From NCBI GenBank assembly GCA_964525635.1, contig CAZGJX010000081.1, positions 1-21,103 on the forward strand: a DNA stretch of 21,103 nt. The letters are read 5' to 3'. This stretch comes from an uncultured archaeon (lineage in GTDB: Archaea > Asgardarchaeota > Lokiarchaeia > Sigyniarchaeales > SOKP01). Within the stretch, counting starts at the first letter, position 1; the number at the start of each line of letters is the position of its first letter. The notes under the pieces were generated by a model. That model was not told the origin of the DNA and made no database searches. It saw only the letters and a program-made list of their open reading frames with translations. Position numbers and translations under genes: made by a program. Shown piece by piece: positions 18,356 to 21,103 of this stretch.

Positions 18356-19267
18356 TTAATTTTCCATAATAAATGGATAAAAATCTTTAATATTTTTATA
18401 GAATCTTCTATGTGGAGGATGTATATTAAGATTATCTACGATCAAGTTTTTCTTAGATATTAATTCTTTATAAGGCGAAGATATAAAGGATTGAAAACAA
18501 TTTGGGTTCTTTATTGCCGCTCGACCAATCATTATCCCTGAGATTAATGTTCTATACTTTTTTTGAAATGTCAAGGGTAATTGTTTTATAATTTTCTGGA
18601 GATCTTGGTTTGTACATATATTTCCATTAATAATTATTGGCATTTTTGTAGTAAGAACCATTTCTAATAATTCCCAATGTGGTTTAGATTTAGAGGATTG
18701 CTTTGCATGCTTAAAATTTATGATGGTAGGTTTTAACCGTGCATCTTTAATAGATTGTATTATATTTAAAAAATCCAAGAATTTATAATAGTACATTTCA
18801 TTTGAATTAAGGCCTAATAGGATCTTACAATTAATATTGAAATGATGTGAGTTAGGATCACCTAAAAAAGCTATAATAAGATCTTTTAATCTCTTTGTTC
18901 TTTTAATAAGAGCAGCGCCTTCTCCAGCAGATATTACTCTTGGATCCGGACAGCAAGCATTGATACTTACACCATAAATATTTGCCCTTTCAGGATAATC
19001 TCTACAAAATTTCTCTAAATATGTTGGAAGGTAGGAAATATCATTAATGCTATTTGTAAGTACTTGTACCCATTGGTGTTGGTTGTTAATTGAAAATGTA
19101 TCAATATTATTCCATGTTCTTTTTTTTGAAGTAATTAATTCTTTTAAATTTAACATTTCAGTATAAGAATCTGTAGCTTCTGGAAATAACGCACGAAAAG
19201 CCCAACAGCTAATATTTTTCATTGGAGCTAAATGTAATTCGATCTTACTACACCTTTTAAACTCCAT
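18356..19267 (-). CDS. dus: tRNA-dihydrouridine synthase (Dus) family protein
   Basis: LAPM..IS..AFR, YTEM, VQVL, INACCP...GEGAALIK, PIIINGNI, GIMIGRAAIKNP. Confidence 0.88.
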   Translation of the reverse strand: MEFKRCSKIELHLAPMKNISCWAFRALFPEATDSYTEMLNLKELITSKKRTWNNIDTFSINNQHQWVQVLTNSINDISYLPTYLEKFCRDYPERANIYGVSINACCPDPRVISAGEGAALIKRTKRLKDLIIAFLGDPNSHHFNINCKILLGLNSNEMYYYKFLDFLNIIQSIKDARLKPTIINFKHAKQSSKSKPHWELLEMVLTTKMPIIINGNICTNQDLQKIIKQLPLTFQKKYRTLISGIMIGRAAIKNPNCFQSFISSPYKELISKKNLIVDNLNIHPPHRRFYKNIKDFYPFIMEN

Positions 19268-19474
19268 TCTTTTTTATATGTTTAAAAAAAATATTATTGA
19301 ACATGATTTTTGATTTGTAAAATTTTTTCATATATAAAAATGTTATATTTGAAAGATATAAAAAAAGAATTTGTTATCGCAAATTAATTTTCGCCGATAA
19401 AACTCTTCTTTCATGTTCTAATCTCCATCACTTAATAGTCATTTTCAACATTAAGATCAAATTTTTTCAAATAA

Positions 19475-20068
19475 ATTATTAATTATATCCTTCCATCAAG
19501 TGGAATGTATTTTTTACTTGTTTATAGTGTAAATGCAAGTAATACTTATGATCTCGTGTGGGATGATCTCGTTTCTGGAAGTCTAGATGATAATTATGAA
19601 GAGATTGATAATATGATATCTATCTAGAACTTCTCTAGCATTGAAGGGATTTGGTTAATCACAATTAATGGAATAGGGACTCAAGCAGATTATGATTAGT
19701 ATAAAATTCAAATAACATCAGGAAGTTTAAGTTTAGTTGTAGATCTTACTTTCTTAAATTCACAAGGGAATATTGATCTTGCTATTTATGATAGTATTGG
19801 AACTTTAATAGCAAATAGCGTTTTAATAACAGTTAATGAGCTTATAGATTATATTCTTCCATCGAATGGAACATACTACATACTTGTATATGGTGCAGAT
19901 GCTAATAAAACTTACGATCTCTGGTGGGATAACTTCTCGGAAAATACTCCTCCAAATAATGATGTCCTTGGTTTTAATATATTTGTCCTTATTGGAATAA
20001 TTTTATTTACTACAATATTTTTTATAATGAAATTAAGAATTAGAATTTTTAAAATCAAGAATTTTTAG
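19475..20068 (+). pseudogene. 5'-truncated surface protein with tandem PPC (pre-peptidase C-terminal)-like repeats and a TM+basic sorting tail; two in-frame TAG stops (absent from the ORF track)
   Basis: One frame reads IINYILPSSGMYFLLVYSVNASNTYDLVWDD...DDNYEEIDN...SI*N...ADYD*YKI...GNIDLAIYD...LIDYILPSNGTYYILVYGADANKTYDLWWDN...VLGFNIFVLIGIILFTTIFFIMKLRIR. TAG at 19625-19627 and 19697-19699. Confidence 0.8.
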
Positions 20069-20162
20069 TGTTATTATAAATAAAAATATCCGATTAAATC
20101 ATTAATTTTTTTTCTTTTACATAATGAAACTCTTAAATTAATAACAATTATTTTGATTTGTT

Positions 20163-20831
20163 ATGAAAGAGAAAGTTCTTCTTTCATGGAGTGGTGGAAA
20201 AGACTGTGCTCTTACTCTGTATGAGCTAAGAAAATCTAAAAATTCAGATATAATTTCATTACTTACAACAATTACGAAGGATTATGATAGAATTAGTATG
20301 CATGGCGTACGGACAATTCTACTTGAAAAACAAGCTGAATCCTTAGGAAACCCTCTTGAAAAGATATTAATATCCAAAAATACTTCAAATGAAGAATATG
20401 AAAATAAAATGTTTATTGCTCTTAAGAAATTTTTACAAAATGGGACTTTTTCTGTTGCTTTTGGTGACATTTTTTTAGAAGATCTACGAAAATATCGGGA
20501 AAATAAATTATCTATTTTAGGATTAAAAGCTATTTTTCCATTATGGCAAAAAGACACACTAGAACTTGCGAAATCCTTTATAAGCCTCAGATTTAAGGCA
20601 ATTATAACGTGCGTGGATAGTCAATATCTTGATAAATCTTTTGTTGGAAGAGAATTTGATAAACAGTTCTTGTCCGAACTCCCCCCTAATGTTGATCCTT
20701 GTGGTGAGAATGGAGAATTTCACTCCTTTGTATATGATGGACCAATTTTTAATGAAAAAGTGCAATTTTCCCGAGGAGATATAGTCTTAAGAGAAAATAG
20801 ATTCTATTATTGCGATTTAATATTAGATTAA
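20163..20831 (+). CDS. Diphthine-ammonia ligase / MJ0570-type PP-loop ATP-binding protein (DUF71 family)
   Basis: SWSGGKDC PP-loop, SMHGVR..LL..QAE, FGDIFLEDLRKYRE, PLW, DPCGENGEFHSFVYDGPIF. Confidence 0.92.
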   Translation: MKEKVLLSWSGGKDCALTLYELRKSKNSDIISLLTTITKDYDRISMHGVRTILLEKQAESLGNPLEKILISKNTSNEEYENKMFIALKKFLQNGTFSVAFGDIFLEDLRKYRENKLSILGLKAIFPLWQKDTLELAKSFISLRFKAIITCVDSQYLDKSFVGREFDKQFLSELPPNVDPCGENGEFHSFVYDGPIFNEKVQFSRGDIVLRENRFYYCDLILD

Positions 20832-21103
20832 GCTTTCTTTCTTTATGCTTTTTATTACTTATCGGTTTGATTTTTAACTTATTCTATAATAATAGTTTGG
20901 TCATAAAAAATAATCCCTTTAGATAATTTCCCTTTATTCCTAATAATATTCTATATTTAACTTATTGAAATAGAAATATATTTTAAATTGTTTATCTTTG
21001 CTGCAGTATTCCTATATATAGTTTGGAAACTACTAAAGTTCTGTTTAAATATTTATAACGCATTAAATTTTTAAGTTTTTTCCATATCATTTCTTCTCTA
21101 TCA

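Noticed and set aside
12172-20068. Stop-codon reassignment (TAA/TAG as sense)
   Set aside because: TAA and TAG also end intact genes here, and the residues expected at the internal stops appear to differ (e.g. L, S, Y, W). Pseudogenisation is the simpler explanation.
9806-20765. Short ORFs 9806-10003, 12982-13224, 14581-14838, 16698-16889, 20282-20557 and 20559-20765
   Set aside because: They overlap better-supported genes on the opposite strand.
17377-20831. Functional link between the TrmH/Dus/Dph6-like genes and the CRISPR locus
   Set aside because: No repeat remnants were seen around them and their orientation is mixed; they look like ordinary chromosomal neighbours.
1-21103. Integrase, transposase, cas1/2/6, tRNA or rRNA genes
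   Set aside because: No recognisable motifs. Any enzyme responsible for the cassette structure would have to be encoded outside the window.

Overview
Very AT-rich window, probably from an Asgard (Lokiarchaeia-like) archaeon; this is inferred from C-terminal TM+basic sorting tails and PPC-repeat surface proteins. It opens with the distal end of a CRISPR array (37-nt repeat ATAGCATAGAAAATAGCTTCATAAAGAAGATTGAAAC). A type III-D (III-Dv-like) operon follows: Can2/Card1-like CARF nuclease, HD-less Cas10, Cas7-Cas5-Cas11 fusion, Cas7-Cas7, Csx19 and Cas7-insertion. No cas1, cas2 or cas6 is in the window. The most unusual structure lies downstream. Single degenerate copies of the same repeat, all in the same orientation, sit in each intergenic gap (about 9328, 12028 and 12833), and a 3-repeat mini-array lies at 15245-15437. 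Whole genes therefore occupy 'spacer' positions (about 2.7, 0.8 and 2.4 kb, and arguably the ~8.9-kb cas operon itself), like an integron-style cassette array punctuated by CRISPR repeats. The distal cargo genes are increasingly disrupted by in-frame stops. The right end holds a decayed toxin-antitoxin pair, two decayed surface-protein genes, and TrmH-, Dus- and Dph6-family genes.
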